Source of the DNA: Crocosphaera subtropica ATCC 51142
GTDB taxonomy: Bacteria; Cyanobacteriota; Cyanobacteriia; Cyanobacteriales; Microcystaceae
Direction of reading: 5' to 3'
DNA: 32,000 nucleotides
Assembly (NCBI RefSeq): GCF_000017845.1
Contig: NC_010546.1
Span: 4,890,001-4,922,000, forward strand
Below the pieces are notes generated by a model. The model searched no databases. It saw nothing but the letters and a program-made list of their open reading frames with translations, and had not been told where the DNA came from. Positions 15,545 to 24,250 of the stretch are shown here, in pieces. The first letter of the stretch is position 1; each line of letters starts with the position of its first letter. The translations under genes and the position numbers were made by a program.

Positions 15545-15628
15545 GACTCATGAGGTACACCCGTATATTTAACTCCTGACTCCTGACTCCTGACTCCTAA
15601 AACTAGAAAAATTTGTACCTCACAAGTA
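15545..15628 (-). repeat. MITE-like inverted-repeat element, copy 2, with an ACTCCTG heptamer core
   Basis: The reverse complement reads TACTTGTGAGGTAC...(CAGGAGT)x3-4...GTGTACCTCATGAGTC. The termini match copy 1 (467-546). The core is a tandem heptamer at about 15572-15598. The element lies between the TldD stop and the next gene. Confidence 0.6.
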
Positions 15629-15643
15629 TGGGAACGGCTACAA

Positions 15644-17083
15644 TTAACCCACTCCCCCAAACACTTCGATATTATCAAAAGCACAAACAGGAGACGCATG
15701 GCCAACGCGGATCGCTTGGTTGGGTTCCCCTTTACCACAGCTAGGGGTTCCATACATCCCCAAAGTTGAGCGATCGCCTAGCTGAGACAAACTCCGCCAA
15801 AATTGATTAGTAATACCCCGATAATTAGGATTTTTCAGGGTTTTGGTAAGCTTACCATTTTCAATGAGTTTGGCATATTCACAACCAAATTGAAACTTAT
15901 TCCGATAATCATCAATAGACCAGGATCGGTTAGACTCCATATAAACCCCTGATTCGATGTTAGCGATCATCTCATCAAAAGAAGTGTTTCCCGGTTCAAG
16001 GTTAATATTAGCCATGCGGTCAATAGGGGGGCGATTCCACGAAGAAGCCCGTAAATTAGCCACTCCTGGCACATTTGAACGAATTTGACTCTCTTTACTC
16101 CCTAATCCTCGTAATAGTATCCCTTCTTTGATTAAATATTCACGGGTGGCTAAATTTCCCCCATCATCAAAACGATAACTGGCAAATTGTCCTGATACTG
16201 ATGGATCAAAGGTAACATTCATCAGAGGGGAACCATAGACCAACTGGCCAAAGTCTTCTAATTTAACAAAGCTTGATCCGGCGTAGTTTCGTTCGTCCCC
16301 TAAAATGCGATCGAGTTCTAAAGGATGACCGATGCTTTCATGTATTTGTAACATCATTTGGTCAGGGGCTAACACTAGGGTTGTCGTAGTAGTAGGACAA
16401 TCTTCGGCTGATAATAATTCTAATGCTTGTTCTGCGATCTTTTCAGCACGGGTTAAAACTTCCGTCTCGTCAAGACATTCCATCCCTCCTTGATAGGAAC
16501 GGGCCGTGAGTCCATTATCGGTGCGTTTTTGAATAATATTGCCGTCTTGTGCTGTTGCAGTGTAATCTGTGGTGATTAAGAGGAATTTTTGATAAACATC
16601 GGACCCGTTACTACTAACCAGTTGTATTTCTGTTTCGACCAAACGGGCGATCGCAGAAGTGCTAACAATTTTATCGTTAACTTTGAGGGTTTCATTAACT
16701 TTCAGTAGCAGATCATTGATATCTTTAGGACTGAGAATATCGAGGGGTTTAAGATAAGGAGAATAATAGGTTCCTACGGCTTTGGGACGTTGTTCTACAG
16801 TAAAAGAGTAGATTCCCCATTCGGCAGCCGTCACCGCTTGTTGATAAGCAATTTCTGCGGCCAGCTTAATATTATCGAGGGTTAAATGGTTGGTGGCACA
16901 ATAACCCAGTTGCCCTTTAGCCAAGACTTCCACCATCACCCCTTTACTTTGACTGCGTCCGTTGCTTTGGGGTTTACCATCCCTAACATAGCGTAGGGTA
17001 GAAGTTTCAGTTACTTGGCGTAACCCGATCCAATCAGCCGGAAGATGGATTTCCTTTAACCAGGTTTCTAGGGTTGAGGTCAT
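15644..17083 (-). CDS. TldD/PmbA-family metalloprotease
   Basis: 479 aa with the HExxxH-type motif IHESIGHPLELD and the conserved C-terminal region (GTPSCGKGEP...). Two HIP1 sites lie inside. Confidence 0.8.
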   Translation of the reverse strand: MTSTLETWLKEIHLPADWIGLRQVTETSTLRYVRDGKPQSNGRSQSKGVMVEVLAKGQLGYCATNHLTLDNIKLAAEIAYQQAVTAAEWGIYSFTVEQRPKAVGTYYSPYLKPLDILSPKDINDLLLKVNETLKVNDKIVSTSAIARLVETEIQLVSSNGSDVYQKFLLITTDYTATAQDGNIIQKRTDNGLTARSYQGGMECLDETEVLTRAEKIAEQALELLSAEDCPTTTTTLVLAPDQMMLQIHESIGHPLELDRILGDERNYAGSSFVKLEDFGQLVYGSPLMNVTFDPSVSGQFASYRFDDGGNLATREYLIKEGILLRGLGSKESQIRSNVPGVANLRASSWNRPPIDRMANINLEPGNTSFDEMIANIESGVYMESNRSWSIDDYRNKFQFGCEYAKLIENGKLTKTLKNPNYRGITNQFWRSLSQLGDRSTLGMYGTPSCGKGEPNQAIRVGHASPVCAFDNIEVFGGVG

Positions 17084-17120
17084 TGATATTTAACTAACAT
17101 ACCTTTAATTTTTTACTATT

Positions 17121-17762
17121 CTAAGATAATTGAAAAACAAAGGTAACTAAATCCCCTTTACCCAAAGAAATGCGATCGCCCGGTCGCAAACGGTGACGGT
17201 TTCCTGGGGGTAAAGCATTGTAATTAATATAAGTGCCATTGGAACTGCCCACGTCTTCGATATAAAAGATACCGGCTTCGTTGCGAATATCAGCATGAAT
17301 ACGAGAAACCACGTCAGAATTGGGTAATCCTGAAACATCGAGATCCGGGGGAATTTGTTCGTTTGGCTTGCCCACATGGATAATGTCTAGCCCTTGGGGA
17401 AGTTCTAGGGTGGTGTCAGTTTGAAGATGCAGTAAACTGGCAGTCTGGGTTTGTAGTTGAGTCGGTGCGCTGGCTGGTGGTTTTGTAGGGGGGGGTGGAG
17501 GTGTTGGGGATGCTTCGGGAAGATTCCCGATCGGAGGGGGTGGGGGTGTCACAGGAGGTGGGGGTGGGGAAGGTTCTGCTTCTGCTTCTGTCGAACCTTC
17601 AAAGGGGTTAGCTGCCCCACATTCTCCACAAAAAGTGGCATTACTGAGTAAGGGCTGACCACAGTTGCCACAATTCACCAATTGAGGCAGAGGGGTAAAA
17701 CAGGCTTCGCACTGAATTGCCCCATCGGGGTTTTGATGCTCACAATTTGGACAAGTAATCAT
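17121..17762 (-). CDS. Double zinc-ribbon / proline-rich linker / FHA-domain protein
   Basis: N-terminal CPNC...CEAC and CGNCG...CGECG zinc ribbons. Proline-rich linker PSPPPPPVTPPPPP...PTPPPPPTKPP. C-terminal FHA signature (VSRIHADIRNEAGIFYIEDVGSSNGTYINYNAL...GDRISLG). Confidence 0.8.
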   Translation of the reverse strand: MITCPNCEHQNPDGAIQCEACFTPLPQLVNCGNCGQPLLSNATFCGECGAANPFEGSTEAEAEPSPPPPPVTPPPPPIGNLPEASPTPPPPPTKPPASAPTQLQTQTASLLHLQTDTTLELPQGLDIIHVGKPNEQIPPDLDVSGLPNSDVVSRIHADIRNEAGIFYIEDVGSSNGTYINYNALPPGNRHRLRPGDRISLGKGDLVTFVFQLS

Positions 17763-17969
17763 AATCTAGGGTTTACTATGATTTTAGGCGGTCAGACATA
17801 AATAAAATCAACTGTCTTAAGAAATATCAATAACTTTTTCAGGCAAAAGGCAACAGGCAAACGGAAGTGAGTGTGGGAGGGGTGAGAACTGTGGTGAGTG
17901 TAAGAAGAAAATTAACATTTTTCTCCCTCTGCTCCCCCTACCTCCCTAACAACTAACGTTTATTTTGAT

Positions 17970-18689
17970 CTAACCATTTAACTCTGCCCCGGCTGCCTCA
18001 TCTAACAACCAGATAAGTTCTCCTTGAGGTTGAACTGCCTTAGCTGGATAGAGGGTTTCATCACCATCAGGGGAAAAAATCTGAGCTAAGGCAGGGCGTT
18101 TATTTTCTCCTGCTACTAAGAAGATGATACAACGAGCATGATTGAGCAAAGGATAGGTAAACGTTAAACGGGGTTGTCCGTCCTTATTCCCTACAGTTAT
18201 TAAGCGATCGCTGACGGTTAGGGCTTCTGTTTTCGGAAATAATGAGGCGGTGTGACCATCATCCCCCATCCCCAATAAGATAATATCAAACGTTGGAAAT
18301 TCTCCTGCTTCGACCCCAAAAAAGTCTCGTAATTCCTGGTCATGGGTTTGAGCATCCACAGAAGGATCGTTACTCCCTGTGGGCATTGGATGAATATTAG
18401 AGGAAGGAAAATCCACTTGATCTAACCAAGCTTCACGGGCCATGCGTTGGTTACTATCGGGATGAGCGGCTGATACATAACGCTCATCTCCCCAAAAAAT
18501 ATGAATTTTTTCTAAAGGTAAAGACTGCTGAGCTAGGGCTTCGTAGAGAGGTTTCGGAGTACCACCACCGGCTAAAGCAAGGGTAAATTTTTCTTGTTGT
18601 TGTAACGTAGTGTGAATTTTATCGACGATTAAATTGAGTGTATGGGCGATGAGAGTCGGTTTATCGGATAATACTTGTATTTGTGTCAT
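17970..18689 (-). CDS. pgl: 6-phosphogluconolactonase
   Basis: Motifs LALAGGGTPKPLY, FWGDERYV and ILLGMGDDGHTASLFP. The track ORF starts at TTG 18725; I prefer the ATG at 18689 (MTQIQVLSD...). Confidence 0.85.
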   Translation of the reverse strand: MTQIQVLSDKPTLIAHTLNLIVDKIHTTLQQQEKFTLALAGGGTPKPLYEALAQQSLPLEKIHIFWGDERYVSAAHPDSNQRMAREAWLDQVDFPSSNIHPMPTGSNDPSVDAQTHDQELRDFFGVEAGEFPTFDIILLGMGDDGHTASLFPKTEALTVSDRLITVGNKDGQPRLTFTYPLLNHARCIIFLVAGENKRPALAQIFSPDGDETLYPAKAVQPQGELIWLLDEAAGAELNG

Positions 18690-18952
18690 TCCTAATATAT
18701 TCTCGTCGAGGGAACTTTTTAGCAACGTTTAGATTATCATTGTAATGACTAGAAGTCTGTGCCTTGCGAATTTCCCCTAAATCTTTTAAGCTCATAGCCA
18801 GGTTTAACAGTTATGTTCCTGATTAATGGGCGATTTAGCTGAATCCTTTATAAAAACTCCCGCACCTAATAATTGAATCTTTTAACGAACAGGGTACTCT
18901 CTCTGTAGACTGTTATCTTTAATGAAATGCTATCCACAAACTGATAAAAACA

Positions 18953-19777
18953 ATGAATTATTCAGCATTTACGTCTTTAGTTCTCAAACTGATTGGGGTC
19001 ATCTTCATCCTCTCTTCCCTATTGGATTATGTAACCCTTGCTATTCCTCTTAACTTAGAAAATCAATCATGGCAAATTGGTTTAGTAACCAATATTGTTG
19101 ACCGAGGGGTAGTCCCTTTGGTGGGTATTGCTTTTATTTTAGTAGGCTATCTGATTGATGGTTTAGCGGATGCCAACCCCTTAAAAAAATCAGGATTTAA
19201 TCTGAAACTGCCAGTTTATATCCTATCTGCTCTTTTAGGACTAATGTTTTTGTTGATGGTTCCTTTACACCTTAACAATCTCAATAGTGCTAAAACTGAT
19301 GCTTTAGAAAGAATTCAACAAGGTGCTGGCCAAGGGGCCGAACAGATTCAGCAGTTTCTTACCCAAGTTGATACCTTATCTAGAAATCCAAATCAACTCA
19401 ATCAGCAGATTCAACGACTCAACCAAGCCATTGAAGCAGGTCAAGTTCAAGGAAGACAGTTAAATGCTCAACAGTTAGAAACCTTACGTCAGCAACGCCA
19501 ACAGTTACAAGGATTACGAGATTTATCCCAAAATCCTGAAGAATACAAAAAAAGAACGGAGGAATTGAAAAATCAATTAGAAACCCAACTCCTCGAACGT
19601 CGTAAACAAGCAGAAAGTCAAGCTACTACTCAAGCCTTAAAACAAAGTCTCCGTATTGGTTTAAGTAGCTTGATGTTAGCCATCGTTTATAGTGTGATTG
19701 GCTGGATTGGCTTAAAATCAGAAATCACAAGTCCTAAAGGACCTAAGGCAGCACCTCGTCCCAAGGTAAAACGCTAA
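18953..19777 (+). CDS. Membrane protein with a Q-rich coiled-coil segment (possibly HpsJ-family)
   Basis: Three to four TM helices at the N-terminus. A long Q/L/N-rich helix follows (QQIQRLNQAIEAGQVQGRQLNAQQLETLRQQRQQLQGLRD), then a C-terminal TM helix and a basic tail. The HpsJ assignment is from memory only. Confidence 0.45.
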   Translation: MNYSAFTSLVLKLIGVIFILSSLLDYVTLAIPLNLENQSWQIGLVTNIVDRGVVPLVGIAFILVGYLIDGLADANPLKKSGFNLKLPVYILSALLGLMFLLMVPLHLNNLNSAKTDALERIQQGAGQGAEQIQQFLTQVDTLSRNPNQLNQQIQRLNQAIEAGQVQGRQLNAQQLETLRQQRQQLQGLRDLSQNPEEYKKRTEELKNQLETQLLERRKQAESQATTQALKQSLRIGLSSLMLAIVYSVIGWIGLKSEITSPKGPKAAPRPKVKR

Positions 19778-19896
19778 TTTTCAGAGGGTTATGTGGTGAG
19801 ATCGGAAAAACATTATTAGCTCTTTCTATCTCCCCACCCTCTCTATTCCCCTTTTTTCTGGTACACGACACATTTATTCGATTCTGATACTAATTT

Positions 19897-20862
19897 TTAC
19901 TTATCTGAGTTTAGAGGATAGGTAAGTATCGGTAAACATAACTGTTGAACTTGAATCATATTTGATGTTGCAAAATAATCAAGAATAGCATTGGCTACAT
20001 ATTCAGCTAATTTCACAGGAACTGCATTACCTATCATTTGTTCTAAATTTGTTTTTGAACCTTCCCAAATAAAGGTATCAGGGAATGTTTGAAGATAACT
20101 CCTTTCTTGAGCGGTTAAAGGACGAACGCTTGACGATAAAGAAACAATATCACCAGGATGTTTTTGATAGGTTTTAGGGATCGGCCGATTTACTCCTCTT
20201 ATGGTTGGACTGGGTTCATCAATACTAAAAATTCCTCGTCTTTTATAACTTCTAGGATGTCTATAATAATACTCTATTCCCAGTTTATCTCCTAAATAGT
20301 CTCTAACTGTCATAGCTTTTTTAGATAAGTTTTTTTTTAAATATGGAATCAATGTATTGTCTTTTTCTTGATAAATTCCGACCCAAAAAAAACGCTTTCT
20401 TTTTTGAGGAACGCCACATAAACTAGCATCTAAAACTTTTTCTGTGATTCCATATCCGGCTTGTTTTAAAATCGTTTTAGCTTCTATATATTTATTGGTT
20501 TTGTTAAAACGAGCTACATTTTCTAACACAAAAACTTTAGGTAATATTTGGGTTACAATTTGCGAGAAAGCAATGGTTAAATCTCCTCTTCCTAAATTTT
20601 CATCACGTTTTCCTGCGCTTGAAAAATCTTGACAAGGAGGACCACCCATAATTAGATCAGGATTTAGACTTTTGAATTCTTCTAAGTATAATTCATAGCG
20701 ACTGAGATCCCATTTATAAATTGGATGTTTAAAATTTTTCTGATAAATCTTAACTACAGGTTCCCAGTTATCGTAAGCAGCAAGTATGGTATATCCTGCA
20801 TTTTGAAACCCTAATGAAAGTCCACCGCATCCTGCAAATAAATCAATTACTTTCATATACAA
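19897..20862 (-). CDS. DNA (cytosine-5)-methyltransferase, type II R-M methylase
   Basis: C5-MTase motifs appear in order: I DLFAGCGG, IV GGPPCQDFS, VI LENV, VIII QKRKRFF and X GNAVP. The start is ATG 20862 or ATG 20856 (MKVIDLF). Confidence 0.9.
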   Translation of the reverse strand: MYMKVIDLFAGCGGLSLGFQNAGYTILAAYDNWEPVVKIYQKNFKHPIYKWDLSRYELYLEEFKSLNPDLIMGGPPCQDFSSAGKRDENLGRGDLTIAFSQIVTQILPKVFVLENVARFNKTNKYIEAKTILKQAGYGITEKVLDASLCGVPQKRKRFFWVGIYQEKDNTLIPYLKKNLSKKAMTVRDYLGDKLGIEYYYRHPRSYKRRGIFSIDEPSPTIRGVNRPIPKTYQKHPGDIVSLSSSVRPLTAQERSYLQTFPDTFIWEGSKTNLEQMIGNAVPVKLAEYVANAILDYFATSNMIQVQQLCLPILTYPLNSDK

Positions 20863-20900
20863 AAAACTTTATCACTTACTCTATATATTCTAAATCTATT

Positions 20901-21977
20901 TCAACTAAATAAGTTTGGGGTGTTAAGAATGATTGCATCAAATCTTCGTTCTGGACTTAATAATTTTTCTCCTCCTCCTAAAATTATATTATTAATTTCT
21001 TCTCGCTTAATTCTTGGATTTGTTAATTCTGGTGATTTCATATATTTATGAGTTCTCGAACCACTTAAAGCAAAAGCTTTATCGTTTTTTGTGTTCAAAG
21101 ATATTTCATCTATGGTAACTGTATGATTAATTTTACTAGTATTAGCGAAATCGTATAACATTTTAGCTAACCAAACAACACAGCGTTTATGACGGGTTAT
21201 TTTCTCTGAATTTAATTCCAATTTGGCTGCATCTATAAATAATCTAGTAAAAGCTAAATTACTCCACATAAATATGTCTAAACAATTATCATGAAGCTGA
21301 GCAGACTTTCCTTCTGTTTTCCAAATAGGTTGCATAATAAGAGGTATTTGACTATCAAGACACGAACTAATAACAACATCAATTACTGAAATTATTTCAT
21401 CTATAATAGGTAGAATACAACTAGGAGATGTCCAATCTGTAATGAAATTACAGATTGGATTCAAATAATCCTTTAATATTTTCCTATCTTGTTGATATGC
21501 TCTAGCAATACTAATTGATAAATAAACAATAGTTGGAGGTCTAACAACAATTTCACTACCATATTTATCATCTGAAAGTTCGCAAGTTGTATTATCTGGT
21601 AAAGCAGTTAATTTAATTTCTAGTCCTCTTAAGCAAAGATTATTTTTACTAATATCTATGGTCACTAAATCTATTCTTGGTAAATTGCCGATGACAATAT
21701 CTTGATAAGGTATATAATCTCTTTCAAAGGCAAAAAATAAATGAGGTGAACTATAATCTAAACCAAATAGAGAAGATACCGAAATTTTACCATGCTTAAC
21801 CGTTAATTTGTGATCAAGAGTTAAATAAACTGGTTGTATGTTTTTGTAACTCATATAACAAGTCAAAGCGGATGGAAAAGAACTATTGAATTGATTTTTG
21901 CCCCAACTTGATTTTTTACTAAAGTCTCGATTTGATTGATTAATTCCGAATAATCTTGGTTGATAATTATCACTCAT
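20901..21977 (-). CDS. Putative type II restriction endonuclease partner of the adjacent C5-methyltransferase
   Basis: 358-aa ORF lying 38 nt upstream of the methylase on the same strand, with the same very AT-rich composition. Candidate PD-(D/E)xK element: PRID103...E120-I-K122. The N-terminal LFGINQSNRDFSKKSSWGKNQFNSSFP motif resembles a known REase family (HindVP/HaeIII-like) from memory, unverified. Confidence 0.55.
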   Translation of the reverse strand: MSDNYQPRLFGINQSNRDFSKKSSWGKNQFNSSFPSALTCYMSYKNIQPVYLTLDHKLTVKHGKISVSSLFGLDYSSPHLFFAFERDYIPYQDIVIGNLPRIDLVTIDISKNNLCLRGLEIKLTALPDNTTCELSDDKYGSEIVVRPPTIVYLSISIARAYQQDRKILKDYLNPICNFITDWTSPSCILPIIDEIISVIDVVISSCLDSQIPLIMQPIWKTEGKSAQLHDNCLDIFMWSNLAFTRLFIDAAKLELNSEKITRHKRCVVWLAKMLYDFANTSKINHTVTIDEISLNTKNDKAFALSGSRTHKYMKSPELTNPRIKREEINNIILGGGEKLLSPERRFDAIILNTPNLFS

Positions 21978-23181
21978 GACTATAAGTTCTACCTCTCCAT
22001 TGTTTTGGTGTTTGTAAAGAGGATAAAAAGATTCTCAACACGGCTAAAGGATCAGCAAAAGGAGACAACCAAAATAATAATGATTTAACTAACGAAGACT
22101 TATCTTTGTAATAAGAAGGAAAAACAGCAAATAGTAAGGCAAAGCGAATAATTACTAAAATAAGATTCAAGGCGATCGCCAATTCTAAACTTAGGAAATG
22201 ATTTCCAGCCAACCAAAAACTAACAAAAACAATTAATAGGAATAAAGGTAAAGCTTGAGTCAATAATAATAAAATTAAATCACCCCAAACTTGAGGAGGT
22301 GAAGTTGCATCTTTAAGATCCAGCGATCGCCCCCATTCGTTCCAGGTTTCTTTGACCCCCTCATACATCCGTACCCGAATGAGGTTCTTTCCGTCCAAAA
22401 AACCCACCTTAAAGCCCTGTTTTGCTGCGTCACGGGCTAGAGTAACATCATCGCAAAACGAACTCGCAGCGCAACTGTATCCCTCCAATGCGTCTAAAAC
22501 AGAACGACGGGAGAGGAAACATTGACCATTAGCCATCACCCGATCTGGACTTTGTTCTCGAACTCCAGCCGAATCAAAACGATATAATAAGGTCATCAAT
22601 AAAGCTGGTTGTAACCACCATTCTCCTGCATCTTTGAGGATAAATTGAGGGGACAACGAGACGATATCATAACCTTCTTCTTCGGCAACCTTCACTAAAC
22701 TCGCCACTAACCCCCGTTGGGGTTGGGTATCAGCATCAATGCCTAATACCCATTCACTGCGAGGAGAACTGTGTAAAAATCCATTATGGAGGGCCCAGGG
22801 ACGGCCAACCCATCCTGAAGGCAAAGGACCATCGGTGATCAAGCGAAAACGGGGATCATGTAATCGGGCCGTTTTTACCAGTTCTTGGGTTCCATCTTGA
22901 GAATGACTATCTACGACAATAATTTCTCGAACTTCATAACTTTGTTGTCCTAACCCTTGTAAACAAGGTGTAATGCGTTCTGCTTCATTGAGAGTCGGAA
23001 CCACCACACTCACTTTACCCAACATTTCAGGATCAGGTAATTGGGGTTTTAGGGGTGGGCGACGCATAGCCCCTTTCAGCAGACGAGACAACAAAATTAA
23101 GGTTGCTGTTCCTTGAAACAGTAACGTAGACAGAGAAATAACGCCGATAACCGTATCATTCAACAAAATAGAAGACTCCAT
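21970..23181 (-). CDS. cruG: Family 2 glycosyltransferase, likely the myxol 2'-O-glycosyltransferase CruG
   Basis: GT-A motifs VSVVVPTLNEAERI, VVDSHSQDGT and GIDADT, with N- and C-terminal TM helices. It lies directly downstream of a CruF-like gene, as in the Synechococcus PCC 7002 cruF-cruG pair. Confidence 0.6.
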   Translation of the reverse strand: MESSILLNDTVIGVISLSTLLFQGTATLILLSRLLKGAMRRPPLKPQLPDPEMLGKVSVVVPTLNEAERITPCLQGLGQQSYEVREIIVVDSHSQDGTQELVKTARLHDPRFRLITDGPLPSGWVGRPWALHNGFLHSSPRSEWVLGIDADTQPQRGLVASLVKVAEEEGYDIVSLSPQFILKDAGEWWLQPALLMTLLYRFDSAGVREQSPDRVMANGQCFLSRRSVLDALEGYSCAASSFCDDVTLARDAAKQGFKVGFLDGKNLIRVRMYEGVKETWNEWGRSLDLKDATSPPQVWGDLILLLLTQALPLFLLIVFVSFWLAGNHFLSLELAIALNLILVIIRFALLFAVFPSYYKDKSSLVKSLLFWLSPFADPLAVLRIFLSSLQTPKQWRGRTYSHE

Positions 23182-23201
23182 GCTCCATGATCCATTGTCA
23201 A

Positions 23202-24092
23202 TTATCCATTATTGAAAGACACCTTGGCGAGATTTTCGGGGATATCGGCCTCTGTTGGGGTATCAGCGAGACGATATAACACTAATACCGGAATTAAACC
23301 AACCATCAACCCTAATAAAACCGGAATATAAATTCCTGCAGCTAAACTCATGATCATGGCAAAGGCAAAATTGCTGACATAGATGGCTAAGGGTAAGCCT
23401 AAGTTATGTTGAGGAAAATTAAAGGGTTTAACTTTCCAGATGAGGGTAGCAACGGTCATAAATACGGCCCCTGTCCCAAACCATCCAGCAAAGTTTTGAT
23501 AAGGCATTCCAAAAAACGCCCCTGGTTGATCCCACACCCAAAAGGGCATAGTGGTTTGACTCATGGCCGGATCTAAAACAAAATCCCAAGCGGTTAAGAA
23601 AATGGCACCAAGAACAATTGAAGCAACTATTTTTAGCCAATTTTGAGAAATTTTCGTATTTAATCCCGCACGAGCAATTAAATAAGCACTAAATCCTAAA
23701 TAAAACCAAGATAAGGGGATGGTAAAGGGAACTAACCCTGCAATTTTATAACCTAATCCTGTTAAATAGCGATAGTGACCAAAAGGAAACCCGGTACTGG
23801 TTCCCAGTAATTCACTGCTTAAGGAGATGGCTAACGCTGGTAACATAAAGCCTAACCAATGCCAAACCCCAAGGGTACGATAAGCATAGACGGTTACGGC
23901 TGCCATTCCTAACAACATATACATCACGCCACCGCCAGCCATAGACCAAGCAAAGGCGGTTTTGCCAATGGGGGGTAAACTAGCAATAAAATCAGGATTA
24001 GGCAACACTAACAATAATCCTGCTAAACCAAAGGCCATAGAGAAAATATGGCCAATAACAAGAGTGCGTTCCACGCGCATAAGGGTACTCAT
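23202..24092 (-). CDS. cruF: Carotenoid biosynthesis membrane protein (PF04240-like), likely the gamma-carotene 1'-hydroxylase CruF
   Basis: 296-aa polytopic membrane protein with the W-rich motif ...WDFVLDPAMSQ...WVWDQPGAFFGMPYQNFAGWF. It is followed after 20 nt by the GT2 gene. Confidence 0.6.
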   Translation of the reverse strand: MSTLMRVERTLVIGHIFSMAFGLAGLLLVLPNPDFIASLPPIGKTAFAWSMAGGGVMYMLLGMAAVTVYAYRTLGVWHWLGFMLPALAISLSSELLGTSTGFPFGHYRYLTGLGYKIAGLVPFTIPLSWFYLGFSAYLIARAGLNTKISQNWLKIVASIVLGAIFLTAWDFVLDPAMSQTTMPFWVWDQPGAFFGMPYQNFAGWFGTGAVFMTVATLIWKVKPFNFPQHNLGLPLAIYVSNFAFAMIMSLAAGIYIPVLLGLMVGLIPVLVLYRLADTPTEADIPENLAKVSFNNG

Positions 24093-24163
24093 GAGTTTCT
24101 ATCAATAGTCTGTGGATTAAATTCTAGTTTACAAAACTTTATAAAAAAAGATAATACTTAATT

Positions 24164-24198
24164 TGAGTTCGGGGTTTGGGGTTCAAAGTTCGGAGTTA
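24164..24198 (+). repeat. Dispersed repeat TGAGTTCGGGGTTTGGGGTTCAAAGTTCGGAGTTA
   Basis: Near-identical to the reverse complement of 4754-4790. The core CTGAGTTCGGGGTT also occurs at 3481-3499. Confidence 0.6.
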
Positions 24199-24229
24199 TG
24201 TTGGTAATGAGACGATCAAGATTTAAGAG

Positions 24230-24250
24230 TGATCACTGGTCACTGTTTTA
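24230..24250. repeat. STRR-like heptamer triplet TGATCAC TGGTCAC TGTTTTA
   Basis: Tandem TGNTCAC heptamers. The last unit contains the RDD gene stop codon (complement of 24248-24250). Confidence 0.55.

Noticed and set aside
15472-15753. Track ORF of 93 aa on the minus strand, overlapping the TldD 3' end
   Set aside because: It overlaps the TldD-family CDS out of frame and reads straight through the MITE-like element and its heptamer core (15545-15628). It is an artefact of the repeat.
17457-17651. G/W/R/C-rich 64-aa plus-strand ORF (MSRCAGWWFCRGGWRCWGC...)
   Set aside because: It is the antisense shadow of the polyproline-coding segment (CCN repeats) of the FHA protein gene. Its composition is a mirror artefact.
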